Below, piece after piece: positions 12,507 to 24,925 of a stretch of DNA of 64,000 bases. The notes under the pieces are model-generated. The model saw nothing but the letters and a program-made list of their open reading frames with translations. It ran no database searches and was not told where the DNA came from. The stretch is taken from positions 3,058,384 through 3,122,383 of the forward strand of contig NC_069002.1 in NCBI RefSeq assembly GCF_001194135.2, written 5' to 3'. The number at the start of each line of letters is the position of its first letter. Position 1 is the stretch's first letter. Made by a program: the position numbers and the translations under genes. This DNA comes from Octopus bimaculoides (lineage: Eukaryota).

Positions 12507-13932
12507 NNNNNNNNNNNNNNNNNNNNNNNNNNNNNNNNNNNNNNNNNNNNNNNNNNNNNNNNNNNNNNNNNNNNNNNNNNNNNNNNNNNNNNNNNNNNNN
12601 NNNNNNNNNNNNNNNNNNNNNNNNNNNNNNNNNNNNNNNNNNNNNNNNNNNNNNNNNNNNNNNNNNNNNNNNNNNNNNNNNNNNNNNNNNNNNNNNNNNN
12701 NNNNNNNNNNNNNNNNNNNNNNNNNNNNNNNNNNNNNNNNNNNNNNNNNNNNNNNNNNNNNNNNNNNNNNNNNNNNNNNNNNNNNNNNNNNNNNNNNNNN
12801 NNNNNNNNNNNNNNNNNNNNNNNNNNNNNNNNNNNNNNNNNNNNNNNNNNNNNNNNNNNNNNNNNNNNNNNNNNNNNNNNNNNNNNNNNNNNNNNNNNNN
12901 NNNNNNNNNNNNNNNNNNNNNNNNNNNNNNNNNNNNNNNNNNNNNNNNNNNNNNNNNNNNNNNNNNNNNNNNNNNNNNNNNNNNNNNNNNNNNNNNNNNN
13001 NNNNNNNNNNNNNNNNNNNNNNNNNNNNNNNNNNNNNNNNNNNNNNNNNNNNNNNNNNNNNNNNNNNNNNNNNNNNNNNNNNNNNNNNNNNNNNNNNNNN
13101 NNNNNNNNNNNNNNNNNNNNNNNNNNNNNNNNNNNNNNNNNNNNNNNNNNNNNNNNNNNNNNNNNNNNNNNNNNNNNNNNNNNNNNNNNNNNNNNNNNNN
13201 NNNNNNNNNNNNNNNNNNNNNNNNNNNNNNNNNNNNNNNNNNNNNNNNNNNNNNNNNNNNNNNNNNNNNNNNNNNNNNNNNNNNNNNNNNNNNNNNNNNN
13301 NNNNNNNNNNNNNNNNNNNNNNNNNNNNNNNNNNNNNNNNNNNNNNNNNNNNNNNNNNNNNNNNNNNNNNNNNNNNNNNNNNNNNNNNNNNNNNNNNNNN
13401 NNNNNNNNNNNNNNNNNCCCCCCCCCCACTCTCCACTACTAGTCTCACTGCATTTCCTGTTCTTTACAATGTATCGATTGTGTTCGACGCTGCAACATGA
13501 GACTTCGCTTGCTCTTCTTGAGTAATTGCATTCTACCTACGAAGCGAAGAAGATGCGTAAAGTGTCTTGCTACGAACACACATACACACATGCACACACA
13601 TATACACACACACACACATGCACGTAACATCCATTTACTAATGCATCTATGGCTATATATATGCATTAATATATATGTATGCATGTGTGTATGTATTTAT
13701 GTATGCATGTATGTATGTATGTGTGTGTGTACAAGCACATTATCGTCCATTTCTTCTTTCCTTTTTCGTAAAACAATTGAACAACTGAGTAAAGTGCTGT
13801 TGCTAGAATTGGAAATGGTAATTATTTACTTTACACTAAAATGGAAGTGATTAAGTAATTGACCTCTCTGTGTATATGCGTGTATGTGTAAATAACTGTA
13901 AATGCCTACCTACACATACATACATACATACA

Positions 13933-13964
<32 letters not shown>

Positions 13965-14066
13965 CAAATATATACATATATATATATGTGTGTATGTGTG
14001 TGTGTGTATACATATATACATACACATAAATATATATGTATATCTATACGTATATATTTATGTGTG

Positions 14067-14132
<66 letters not shown>

Positions 14133-15528
14133 NNNNNNNNNNNNNNNNNNNNNNNNNNNNNNNNNNNNNNNNNNNNNNNNNNNNNNNNNNNNNNNNNNNN
14201 NNNNNNNNNNNNNNNNNNNNNNNNNNNNNNNNNNNNNNNNNNNNNNNNNNNNNNNNNNNNNNNNNNNNNNNNNNNNNNNNNNNNNNNNNNNNNNNNNNNN
14301 NNNNNNNNNNNNNNNNNNNNNNNNNNNNNNNNNNNNNNNNNNNNNNNNNNNNNNNNNNNNNNNNNNNNNNNNNNNNNNNNNNNNNNNNNNNNNNNNNNNN
14401 NNNNNNNNNNNNNNNNNNNNNNNNNNNNNNNNNNNNNNNNNNNNNNNNNNNNNNNNNNNNNNNNNNNNNNNNNNNNNNNNNNNNNNNNNNNNNNNNNNNN
14501 NNNNNNNNNNNNNNNNNNNNNNNNNNNNNNNNNNNNNNNNNNNNNNNNNNNNNNNNNNNNNNNNNNNNNNNNNNNNNNNNNNNNNNNNNNNNNNNNNNNN
14601 NNNNNNNNNNNNNNNNNNNNNNNNNNNNNNNNNNNNNNNNNNNNNNNNNNNNNNNNNNNNNNNNNNNNNNNNNNNNNNNNNNNNNNNNNNNNNNNNNNNN
14701 NNNNNNNNNNNNNNNNNNNNNNNNNNNNNNNNNNNNNNNNNNNNNNNNNNNNNNNNNNNNNNNNNNNNNNNNNNNNNNNNNNNNNNNNNNNNNNNNNNNN
14801 NNNNNNNNNNNNNNNNNNNNNNNNNNNNNNNNNNNNNNNNNNNNNNNNNNNNNNNNNNNNNNNNNNNNNNNNNNNNNNNNNNNNNNNNNNNNNNNNNNNN
14901 NNNNNNNNNNNNNNNNNNNNNNNNNNNNNNNNNNNNNNNNNNNNNNNNNNNNNNNNNNNNNNNNNNNNNNNNNNNNNNNNNNNNNNNNNNNNNNNNNNAT
15001 ATATATATATATATAAAGTATATATTTATACATACATGTGTGTGTGTATGTATGCGTATTTTTTTGTGTAATTTTAGGGTTATCAGTTGCCGTATATGGT
15101 CATTTACACTGCTTATCACCCCTGTATTTCTAAATGAAACTCTGAAATTCTTTGAAGAATTGGTAACAATTTTATTTTTCTCACGCTTTTAACGCACCCG
15201 ACAAGTTTGTATTTTATACTTGTTGTCGCTGAACTTGTCCAATGTTTGTTTACATTCAAAATGTCTAATCAGATCTTATTTCGCTATTCCATGATACAAT
15301 CTAAAATTCGAGGATTTCGTTTGCGGTTTGTGCGCTGGCAAAAACTAATCTAGAGGAAATATAGTATGAATAAATATAAAATGTAAATTCAGTTGCTCTG
15401 TAGGAGAGAAGTTTTTTCTGCACAAAACTACTTTTACTTCATTTTGTTATTATTCTTCCTATAGATCTTAAATTTCTAGATGCGTTATCTCAGCGATATA
15501 ATCTTCTTTTGCATACATCGGCTTGATG

Positions 15529-16310
15529 TTTGAAGATATGGTATTTATCAGCAAAACAGAGTTAACATTGTTATGCATTGTTTATGTAAGGCGTGATTTG
15601 TTTGATTGTTGATCATTCGATGTTGGGGTGGTTAGCGTATGCCTTGAAAACGCTGTGTTGATTTCCCACACCGCATTTCTTAAAAGTAAACATATTGTTG
15701 ATGAAACGGTTCGTGAAACGGTCCTTGTTCATACCGATATACGATATTTCCATTTATGCGTTAATCATATGGAACGTTACTTTCGCTTTGTTTATAATTA
15801 CCTGACATACGGAATAACCATTAAGTGGAAAGTTTTCCGTTGTCCTTTTCTTACATCTGCGTACCGGGGTGCGTGCTGGTTGAGCTTTCAGGGCATATTT
15901 GTACAGTGCTCCTGCATTCGTTTATCCTTTGGAAGTGGCTTTTATATCTGTCATGTTAAACAGCTTTCGTTAGTTGGTTGTGACTGACGCTAAAGACATT
16001 AGATATTACATTTGTACTACAAAGGTGGCTGAATAACGCAATATAACACTTTCTGAGTTTGATGCACTGCTGCTTGCGCCTTGGTAAGAACAATAACTTT
16101 AGATTAGCAGTCTAGCTCAAAGCCTGAATATCCACAACTAGAAAGATACATGAAAAATCATATAACCGCTTAAAGCGATACGCATAAAAATGACTGCTAC
16201 AACCGGTGTTCTTGCGCAAACACATGTTTGTATAACTAGGAAGAGGAAAATCTGCACACACAACAAGGATTTCAAGATGAAAATGGATATTTTTCATTGA
16301 AGAAATTCCC
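15529..16310 (-). mobile_element. Penelope-like element (PLE) fossil: linker and GIY-YIG endonuclease (core 15529-16054; extension to about 16310 tentative)
   Basis: Minus strand: RKCYIALFSHLCSTNVISNV (like RKRNIIWFNPPFS..V.TNI), KLFNMTDIKATS (like KIFNRNT.K.SYS), then one frame with four stops: RCKKRTTENFPLNGYSVCQVIINKAKVTFHMINA*MEISYIGMNKDRFTNRFINNMFTFK...NIE*STIKQITPYINNA*QC*LCFADKYHIFK (YIG at 15741-15733; C.LC..EKY.I-type motif at the end). Confidence 0.85.
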
Positions 16311-16774
16311 TCCATATTTACTCGCATGGATACACACACATATTTTGCAAAAGAAAACAGAATTTACCCGCAAGTAAATTTCTGCGCACACCCAGAGTAA
16401 ACAGTTTAAAGAAACACTGGAATCAATCTTATCACAATGAATTTCTCAGATATTAGATATTAGATATTAAATTTAGATACTAGATAATGTATATAATACA
16501 AGGAGACAGCGCTAAGCAGTGATGTGTATAAATGCAAATTTTTTACAAGTTCAAATATGCTTGAGGCATTCATGGCTTTCTTACAGGTTGGAAGATTCCT
16601 CAGGCATATTTGAACTGGTAACACGCTTGAATGTATACAATCTATATAAAAAAAAAAGACACCTTCCATCCTCAAAATATTGTAACAAACATTAGTCAGG
16701 AAATAAGTAGAAGAATATATAAAATAATATATCAGATGTACTAAGATATTTCCTGTTAGCCACGATTATTACCA

Positions 16775-16915
16775 GGTCTACTGGTGTGGAGAGGGGAGGC
16801 TGGTATGCATGGGTGACTGCTGGTCTTCTATAAACAACCTTGCCCGGACTTGTGCCTCAGAAGGGAACTTTCTAGTTGCAATCCCATGGTCAGTCATGAC
16901 TGAAGAGGGTCTAAA
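16775..16915 (+). mobile_element. 3' fragment of a SINE-like dispersed repeat
   Basis: GGAGAGGGGAGGCTGGTATGCATGGG...CTTGCCCGGACTTGTGCCTC...GCAATCCCATGGTCAGTCATGAC; recalled as a recurrent octopus repeat tail, with no second copy in the window. Confidence 0.55.
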
Positions 16916-17912
16916 CTCTTTTAGCCCTTATCTCAGTCCCGGCAAGCCACAACTACGGCAGAGCCTACCGAACACACATCGGTCTCATAAGCTACGTACA
17001 TTCTGCAATATTTTGTTTGTAATTAATATCCAATATATATGTTGGATGGTTGTGTTTGTATATGTGTATGTATGTATCTTAACTTGACTGTTTATAAATA
17101 TGTGTGTTGTGTGTGTGTGTGTGTATATATATGTGACTGCATTGTACGTATGTATACATAAAAGACTCCTGAGAATCTCTGCCTTCAGCCAACATAGCTA
17201 TTATCGAGGAGAGAGGACAGAACAACATGTGTGTATGCGTGTGTGTGAGTGTGTGTGTGTGCGTGTGTGTGAGTGTGTGTGTGCGTGTGTGCGTGTGAGT
17301 GAGTATTACAAAGCAACAGTGTTATCTCATTATTCTCTCAAAATTTATATACAAAAGCTGACGATACATAGTGTTCTATTGAATATTTTCGGTTTTCGCT
17401 GAGAAGAAATGCAAATGTACAGTATATATATACATATATATAAACATATATTTACATTATATATATATATANNNNNNNNNNNNNNNNNNNNNNNNNNNNN
17501 NNNNNNNNNNNNNNNNNNNNNNNNNNNNNNNNNNNNNNNNNNNNNNNNNNNNNNNNNNNNNNNNNNNNNNNNNNNNNNNNNNNNNNNNNNNNNNNNNNNN
17601 NNNNNNNNNNNNNNNNNNNNNNNNNNNNNNNNNNNNNNNNNNNNNNNNNNNNNNNNNNNNNNNNNNNNNNNNNNNNNNNNNNNNNNNNNNNNNNNNNNNN
17701 NNNNNNNNNNNNNNNNNNNNNNNNNNNNNNNNNNNNNNNNNNNNNNNNNNNNNNNNNNNNNNNNNNNNNNNNNNNNNNNNNNNNNNNNNNNNNNNNNNNN
17801 NNNNNNNNNNNNNNNNNNNNNNNNATATATATATATATATATATATATACCTATATGCATAAGTATGTTTGCACATATACATCCATACATATATATAAAC
17901 ATATATTTACAT

Positions 17913-17956
<44 letters not shown>

Positions 17957-18785
17957 GTATATGTGTGCAAAGATACCTATGCATATATACACATACATAT
18001 ATAAAATATCCTGCGCGCGTGGCTGTGCGTGTGTGTGTGTGCACAGAGAGAGAGAGGGGGAGGGAGAGAGGGAGAGAAACTGAGAGAGGCGCCATCTTTG
18101 AAGGAGAACATTGAATGGTTAAACCTATTATCGCAGTGACGGGTTCTGTGTGATAGCTTTATTGTAATAAATCCGTTATAATTACTACTATTGTATGGGA
18201 ATGGATGAGCGATAACCGTAATGACGTTTTCAGCTATATAATGTATAATTGAAAAGCGTGTATAATTTAATAATAAATTAATGTTAAATGAATGAGAGGA
18301 CAGTCAGCTGTTTCAGACAACAGTTGCTTCATTGTCAGGAAATTTAAATTTGAATTTGAACACATCACGCTGATCACTGTTGATAAAGACATTTGTAAAA
18401 AGCGAACCTGTTGTTATTTCTGTCTTGTTTGTTGGTGAGTCTTGTGTCTGAAATGTTCGTACATATGTGCGTGTCATGTCTGTGCAAGCGAGGATGTGAG
18501 GACGGATGTCTGCGTGTGTGTGTGTGTGTGTGTGTGTGTGNNNNNNNNNNNNNNNNNNNNNNNNNNNNNNNNNNNNNNNNNNNNNNNNNNNNNNNNNNNN
18601 NNNNNNNNNNNNNNNNNNNNNNNNNNNNNNNNNNNNNNNNNNNNNNNNNNNNNNNNNNNNNNNNNNNNNNNNNNNNNNNNNNNNNNNNNNNNNNNNNNNN
18701 NNNNNNNNNNNNNNNNNNNNNNNNNNNNNNNNNNNNNNNNNNNNNNNNNNNNNNNNNNNNNNNNNNNNNNNNNNNNNNNNNNNNN

Positions 18786-18865
18786 TTCAAAATTTTCCAC
18801 CAATAAAGATAAGCCGATTTCCAATCCAGAATCGAGGCGCTTTCATTGGAATTTTAACAACCTCA
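18786..18865 (-). repeat. Short dispersed repeat family E, degenerate copy
   Basis: Reverse complement GGTTGTTAAAATTCCAATGAAAGCGCCTCG...GAAATCGG...TTATTGG aligns with 29553-29630. Confidence 0.7.
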
Positions 18866-18919
18866 ACTGGTTAGTCTATGTGAATGTTTGTAAGCACGTT
18901 TGGATTGAAAGGAAGGATG

Positions 18920-18921
18920 GA

Positions 18922-18960
<39 letters not shown>

Positions 18961-19035
18961 ATGGATGGATGGATGGATGGATGGATGGATGGATGGATGG
19001 ATGGATGGATGGTTGGATGGTTGGATTGGATGGAT
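18920..19035. repeat. (TAAA)n(TGGA)n compound microsatellite
   Basis: Direct reading. Confidence 0.95.
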
Positions 19036-19358
19036 GCACACATGCATGCATGAATGGATGAGGAGATAACGGGATGGATGTATGAATGAAAGAATGGCAG
19101 GATGGATGGATGGAAAGAGGGATTGAGGGCGAGATGGGTTTAATCTGCAGATTTAATCTTCTAAATTTCTCTAAATTTCTCGACAATAGATAAAAAGATT
19201 ATTTCCAGTACTAAGACAAGGTTCATCCATAGTGAATTCATTCAACCAGATTTGTTCTCATGTAGGCATGTTTGTACGTTTGTAGGGAATGCACGTCTGC
19301 CTATTAGCATATAAGTGTGCTTGTACACACACACACATATATATTGAAAGAGAGAGAC

Positions 19359-19391
<33 letters not shown>

Positions 19392-19473
19392 GGAGAATTT
19401 ACGAAAAAAACAACAGACGAAGACAAGTGGTGTAAACAACAAATGGATGTATTAGTATAACGCTCGGGAATAG

Positions 19474-19546
19474 AGGCTACAGTAGAAGACGCTTGCCTAC
19501 CAAGGTGCCATGCAGTGTGACTGAACCCGGTACCACTCCTGCGCCT
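19474..19546 (-). mobile_element. SINE family B, 5' fragment with internal deletion
   Basis: AGGCTACAGTAGAAGACGCTTGCC..CCAAGGTGCCATGCAGTGTGACTGAACCCGG matches 59880-59935. Confidence 0.8.
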
Positions 19547-19574
19547 ATGCATGCGTACATACATATATGCGTTC

Positions 19575-19830
19575 CAGTGGTGTTAAATTGGCAGAAATGT
19601 TAGAGTGTTAGAATATCACACATCGCGTAATTTCGATTTCCTCTGCACTGAGTTCAAATCCTGCCAAGATCAATTTTACATTTCAACATTTCGGAATCTA
19701 TTATAAAGAAAAAAACATCTACCAGTGCAGGGTGGTAAATGAGTAGAATTGATAGAGCATCAGACAGGATTTTTTGTGTTATTTCTTCCGAACCTGTGTA
19801 TTGCAAGATCAAATCCTACTCTGTCAGAAG
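19575..19830 (+). mobile_element. Two degenerate SINE family A heads in tandem
   Basis: TTGGCAGAAATGTTAGAG...CTGAGTTCAAATCCTGCC (19575-19710) and AGAATTGATAGAGCATCAGAC...TATTTCTTCCG...ATCAAATCC (19730-19830). Confidence 0.6.
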
Positions 19831-20707
19831 TTGTCACTGACAGATATCCATTGCCAGAAATTTCTAAATCTAATGGAAACAGTTTCTCTGATTCGATGTG
19901 AAGACTGATATCCATCACCACCATCACCACCACCACCACCGCCGCCGCCGCCACAAACAATATCATATATGTATTTATCTGTACACGATTGATCATCATC
20001 TTTGATCCCTTTATCGATAAAGAATGTCTATTTGTATAAAACCAATAACTTTTTCCGTTGAATATGCTATTTATTTGTATCAAAATTTAGATATATATAT
20101 GAGTCCGTCGAAACTTATTGGAAATACATCCAATAAAATTTATATATATATATATGCATGTGTGTGTGTGTGTGTGTGTGTGGTTTGTTTGTGAACGGAT
20201 GGACGGATGAATGGATGGTCTTTAATTCTCTTAGTGTGTTAGCTTGCTTTATCCAACAAGGCTAAAGTCATACTGGAGCACTTCAGAGTTTAATGTTCTG
20301 TATAGAGAGAGACAGACAGACAGACAAACAAACAATATTATATATTTTCTATGAGAATCCCTGCTTCATATAGTTTGTTTGGGGTTGGAAGGGTCTCAAA
20401 TCCTAAATTGACGTTTCCAGACCTTCGCAATCCCATCTTCTGGATGAAGCGTTTGGCGTTGACGTGTGTTGCTGTAGTGTTATAATAATGACGTCGACAT
20501 TACAGCCAGAATTTCTACTTATGTCCAATTAACATTTTATTCCAACGATCGTGCGCTTTCGATTTTGGGATTGTTGTTTTTATTTTATTTTTATTTCTTT
20601 ATTTATCTGATCATGTGACCAGAGTCTCTTTTATGTATGTGTATTTTAGAATTGCTCTGCGCTATTAGCATTGCTTCCTGATATTTCTGTAGAATCGATA
20701 TTTATCG

Positions 20708-20850
20708 CTCCATCCATTATCTCTGCCCTGGGAGGATCGTCGGGGTTGAGTATTAGGGTCTTTCAGAAGAAAAAAAACCTCACTAGACTCTCCGGTTGAA
20801 TTCCTAAGAGGAACAACCAGAAACTATGCATATTATCCGACCATGCCATT
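20708..20850 (-). mobile_element. RTE-clade (Rex3/Expander-like) LINE 3' end, short 5'-truncated copy
   Basis: Minus strand reads AWSDNMHSFWLFLLGIQPESLV; ends CGACGATCCTCCC then ATGGATGG; homologous to 47543-47898. Confidence 0.7.
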
Positions 20851-20956
20851 GACTCTTCTATGCAAGAATTGGTCTACAGAGTCATCAACGTCGTCATCAT
20901 AAAGCAAAGAAGAAAATAAATTCTCGCTTTCCAGATAAAGCCGACGATGCTGATGT
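20844..20956 (+). mobile_element. RTE-clade LINE 3' end with terminal zinc-finger motif
   Basis: CH*LFYARIGLQSHQRRH (20844-20897) fits the C..F.ARIGL.SH.R.H terminus of many RTE ORFs; followed by a degenerate GACGATGCTGATG tail. Confidence 0.6.
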
Positions 20957-21255
20957 TGTGTATTTTGGTTTGTGCCAAGATGTTTATGAATGCCGAGTCC
21001 GGCGAGAGGGTCTCGTTTTTTATGGCTTATATGATGGATGGAGATATGCGAGAGTTGCAAATTTTATGTTTGCAATTAAATTTGTAAATCACTCAGCAAT
21101 TTGAATCTTGTAATGCAGGCTTACAGGTTTCTGGTTATATATGGATAACTATATTCTTAATTTTAGTGATTTTATTATAAATTATTAGCACTGGGTGGTC
21201 GTGGGGTGTAATGCGTTTGGTATTCTCATTTGTCAGCAGTTATTCCTCCTAGCAT

Positions 21256-21295
<40 letters not shown>

Positions 21296-21791
21296 GCAGA
21301 CACAAATATACACCTGTATATAATTATATCTGTGTGCATAAATACGCGTGTATGGTTATATGTACGTACGCTGATTGTATGAAAGAGGGCGTTTGCATAG
21401 GTATGAGATACATTGAGCAGACTAATCAGTCTTGTAAAAGATAAAGTTGCATATATGCATATATACACACATATATATACAGAGACATTTACATGTATAC
21501 TTATACAGATACATATATGTGCATAAAAAAAAAATAAAAAATAAAAAATAAAAAAACACACACACACACACACACACATGAACATATAAATAAATAAAAA
21601 CTAATACAAACAAACACGTATTAACAGAGAATATAGGTGATACAAACACTCCCCATACACACATGCACTTACAAAAGACACAGACACATTGAAGGACACG
21701 CATGCGTAGACACATACAATAGGAATACAAAATACAAAATGGCTGATAGTTAGCAAGGTGAGACACACATAAGAAAGAAGAAGGAAACAAA

Positions 21792-21836
21792 GGACCACTG
21801 ATGAGGTCACAGAAGTGTGACGAAAGAACTCTGGCC
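21792..21836 (+). ncRNA. Minimal type I hammerhead ribozyme motif (PLE-type)
   Basis: GGACCA CTGATGA G GTCAC-AGAAGT-GTGAC GAAA G-AA-C TC TGGCC: exact core 21798-21804, 5-bp stem II with G10.1-C11.1, GAAA, short stem III, CUC triplet (cut after 21831), stem I CCA/TGG plus one further G-C. Confidence 0.8.
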
Positions 21837-22266
21837 GAAATAAGATTAAGATTAAGATTAATGTAATATAAAGCTGAAAAAAAAAAAGAAAATTAAAACC
21901 AAATATACAGTGNNNNNNNNNNNNNNNNNNNNNNNNNNNNNNNNNNNNNNNNNNNNNNNNNNNNNNNNNNNNNNNNNNNNNNNNNNNNNNNNNNNNNNNN
22001 NNNNNNNNNNNNNNNNNNNNNNNNNNNNNNNNNNNNNNNNNNNNNNNNNNNNNNNNNNNNNNNNNNNNNNNNNNNNNNNNNNNNNNNNNNNNNNNNNNNN
22101 NNNNNNNNNNNNNNNNNNNNNNNNNNNNNNNNNNNNNNNNNNNNNNNNNNNNNNNNNNNNNNNNNNNNNNNNNNNNNNNNNNNNNNNNNNNNNNNNNNNN
22201 NNNNNNNNNNNNNNNNNNNNNNNNNNNNNNNNNNNNNNNNNNNNNNNNNNNNNNNNNNNNNNNNNN

Positions 22267-22322
<56 letters not shown>

Positions 22323-23341
22323 TAAGGTATTATATGTATATATTCTTATAAATGTATATATGTGTGTGTTTGTATGCATATACATGTATAAATACATATG
22401 TGTGTATGCATATATAAACACATTCTGCTTCTTGCACGTAACGAATACAATTAAACAATATAAAATTCTGGTATATGCAAAATATATATACACCAAATTT
22501 GCTATAAATTACCATAAAGACAGAACGAACGCAAACTCTCAGCGATTTAAAAAGAAGGCGATAAACAATATGAAATTAATCAAACTTTTACTAATGGCCG
22601 CGTGTCCGTAAAACTGTCGTCTGCTGGCTTTGAATCTGAAATTTATATTATATGCTGGTAAACTAAATTACTTGCTGAAAATTTCACCTATATAGACTTG
22701 GCGGACAGTTCATTAGGGAATATTTAATAAAACACTGGCCATTGGGTATATATGTAAACGCAAGTTTATGAGAATGTATGTATTTGCGTGCAATAAAGAT
22801 TCCCTGTGCGTATGTACAATCTCTCTCTCTTCCTGGGTGTGAACATGTATATATAATATATATATAATTATATATATATATATATACATATATANNNNNN
22901 NNNNNNNNNNNNNNNNNNNNNNNNNNNNNNNNNNNNNNNNNNNNNNNNNNNNNNNNNNNNNNNNNNNNNNNNNNNNNNNNNNNNNNNNNNNNNNNNNNNN
23001 NNNNNNNNNNNNNNNNNNNNNNNNNNNNNNNNNNNNNNNNNNNNNNNNNNNNNNNNNNNNNNNNNNNNNNNNNNNNNNNNNNNNNNNNNNNNNNNNNNNN
23101 NNNNNNNNNNNNNNNNNNNNNNNNNNNNNNNNNNNNNNNNNNNNNNNNNNNNNNNNNNNNNNNNNNNNNNNNNNNNNNNNNNNNNNNNNNNNNNNNNNNN
23201 NNNNNNNNNNNNNNNNNNNNNNNNNNNNNNNNNNNNNNNNNNNNNNNNNNNNNNNNNNNNNNNNNNNNNNNNNNNNNNNNNNNNNNNNNNNNNNNNNNNN
23301 NNNNNNNNNNNNNNNNNNNNNNNNNAATAGTGTTCAGTCAA

Positions 23342-23432
<91 letters not shown>

Positions 23433-23764
23433 CATACATACATATATAAACATACATATACATATAAAAATTGCTCCATCTGAGCAGTCAAGCTACGTAT
23501 GTGTAAAGTTACTTTTTAACATTTTATGGAAACAAACATTTGGAATGAGTCTCATGTTTTACGAAAGTGTGTTAAGACGCTTATTTACTTTCGTTGGAGA
23601 ATTTTATGTGAAGAACAAAAAATGTATTTTGTGATTAAGTTGCAGACAACTTCTGAGAAATCAGGTGGTGTATGTTAATGAGGAGAGGGTTGAAGAAAGA
23701 AGTTGGGAGTGATAATGGTCAGTTGAGTAGGGGAATCGCTGCGGCAGGTCTTTTACATTAAATT

Positions 23765-24150
23765 ACTTGGTTTCGGGTTCGATCCTACTGTGTGGCACCT
23801 TGAGTGTCTTCTACTGTAGCCTCAGGCTGACCATTGCCTCGAGAATGGATTTGGTAGGCGGAAACTGAAAGAAGCCTGCCATATATGTGTGTATGTATGT
23901 GTACGCGCGTGGGGGGGGGTGCCTGTCTCTTTCTGTCTATTCTTTGTCCTACCACCGCTTGACAACCGGTATTGTGTATTTTCGTCACTGTAAATTAGCG
24001 GTTCGGCGAAAGAGACCAATAGAATAATTACCAAGATTTTTTTTAAAAAAGCAAAAAAGAAAGTACTGGAATGGGTTCATTCAGCTCAGAGTTCAAGGCG
24101 GTGCTCCAGCATGGCCGCTATCTAATAATTGAAACATAAACGAAAGAAAA
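23765..24150 (+). mobile_element. tRNA-derived SINE family B, near full length
   Basis: GGTTTCGGGTTCGATCC (B-box), GGAAACTGAAAGAAGCC, GCTTGACAACCGG, GGCGGTGCTCCAGCATGGCCGC. Confidence 0.9.
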
Positions 24151-24533
24151 AGAACGAAAGTGAAGAAATTAAGACGAGAAATAAGCCGAGTGGTTCTTGT
24201 TTGTTCCTGTTTATGTCTGTATTTGCATATTTATTTGGAAATTTGCTGAAAGTGTTATTTCTTATTTGTTCGGTTTAGTTCTTGTTTGTAGGCGGACACT
24301 TTTGTGTGCGATTGTCGTTTTATCATTTCTGTATTTGGCTGCGTTCGGATGTGTTTCTTTCTGAGTGTTGTTGGATGTTTGTTAAAGTGAATATTAAGTT
24401 ATTTTTTTGTGAACTTTTTGAGACTGTGAACAAGCAAACAAGAATTCAGTTTTAAACTTTCTCAAAAAAAAATGTATTTTTCGAAAATTCTAAATAATTC
24501 TATAAAACATTTACCAAAATAATTTGTATTCAA

Positions 24534-24648
24534 GCAGTGAATTAGAAAACTCGTTAGTAAATTGAGCAAAATGCTTACCGGTATTTCTTCAGGCTCTTTA
24601 CATCCTGGGTTCAAATCTCGCAGAGGTCAGTTTAGCTTTTCATCCCTT
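24534..24648 (+). mobile_element. SINE family A, degenerate 5' part
   Basis: AAATGCTTACCGGTATTTC...CTGGGTTCAAATCTCGCAGAGGTC...CTTTTCATCC. Confidence 0.8.
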
Positions 24649-24649
24649 C

Positions 24650-24806
24650 ATTTCGACCCTAGTACTCAACTGGTACTTAATTTATCGATTTGAAAGGATA
24701 AAAGGCAAAATCGACCTGCGCGGAATTTGAACTAAGAACGTAGCGACAGACGAAATACCGCTAAACATTTCGCCCGGCGTGCTAACGATTCAGCCAGCAC
24801 GCCGCT
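24650..24806 (-). mobile_element. SINE family A
   Basis: GCGGAATTTGAACT...GACGAAATACCGCTAAACATTTCGCCCGGCGTGCTAACGATTC. Confidence 0.92.
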
Positions 24807-24874
24807 TTGTATTATAATATAACATACAATCATAAAATGTTTGCTTCCCAGTTTTAAAATTGCTGATTATAATT

Positions 24875-24925
24875 GTAAGACGATTTAGCTGCTGTTTCTG
24901 ACGCTTCAACGACCACGTACAGCAC
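24875..24925 (-). mobile_element. Repeat family D, short head fragment
   Basis: GATTTAGCTGCTGTTTCTG...CGACCACGTACAG resembles the reverse complement of the family D head. Confidence 0.45.

Noticed and set aside
15465-15526. Strong-looking plus-strand acceptor followed by DLKFLDALSQRYNLLLHTSA*
   Set aside because: Lies antisense at the 3' edge of the PLE fossil; better explained as chance.
17346-17395. CTGACGA...ATAG/CTAT...GAATATT hammerhead-like run
   Set aside because: Lacks A15.1 and stem I does not pair.
20935-21106. Open frame DKADDADVVYFGLCQDVYECRV... after TTTCCAG
   Set aside because: Begins inside the RTE 3' UTR and tail; no donor; no family match.
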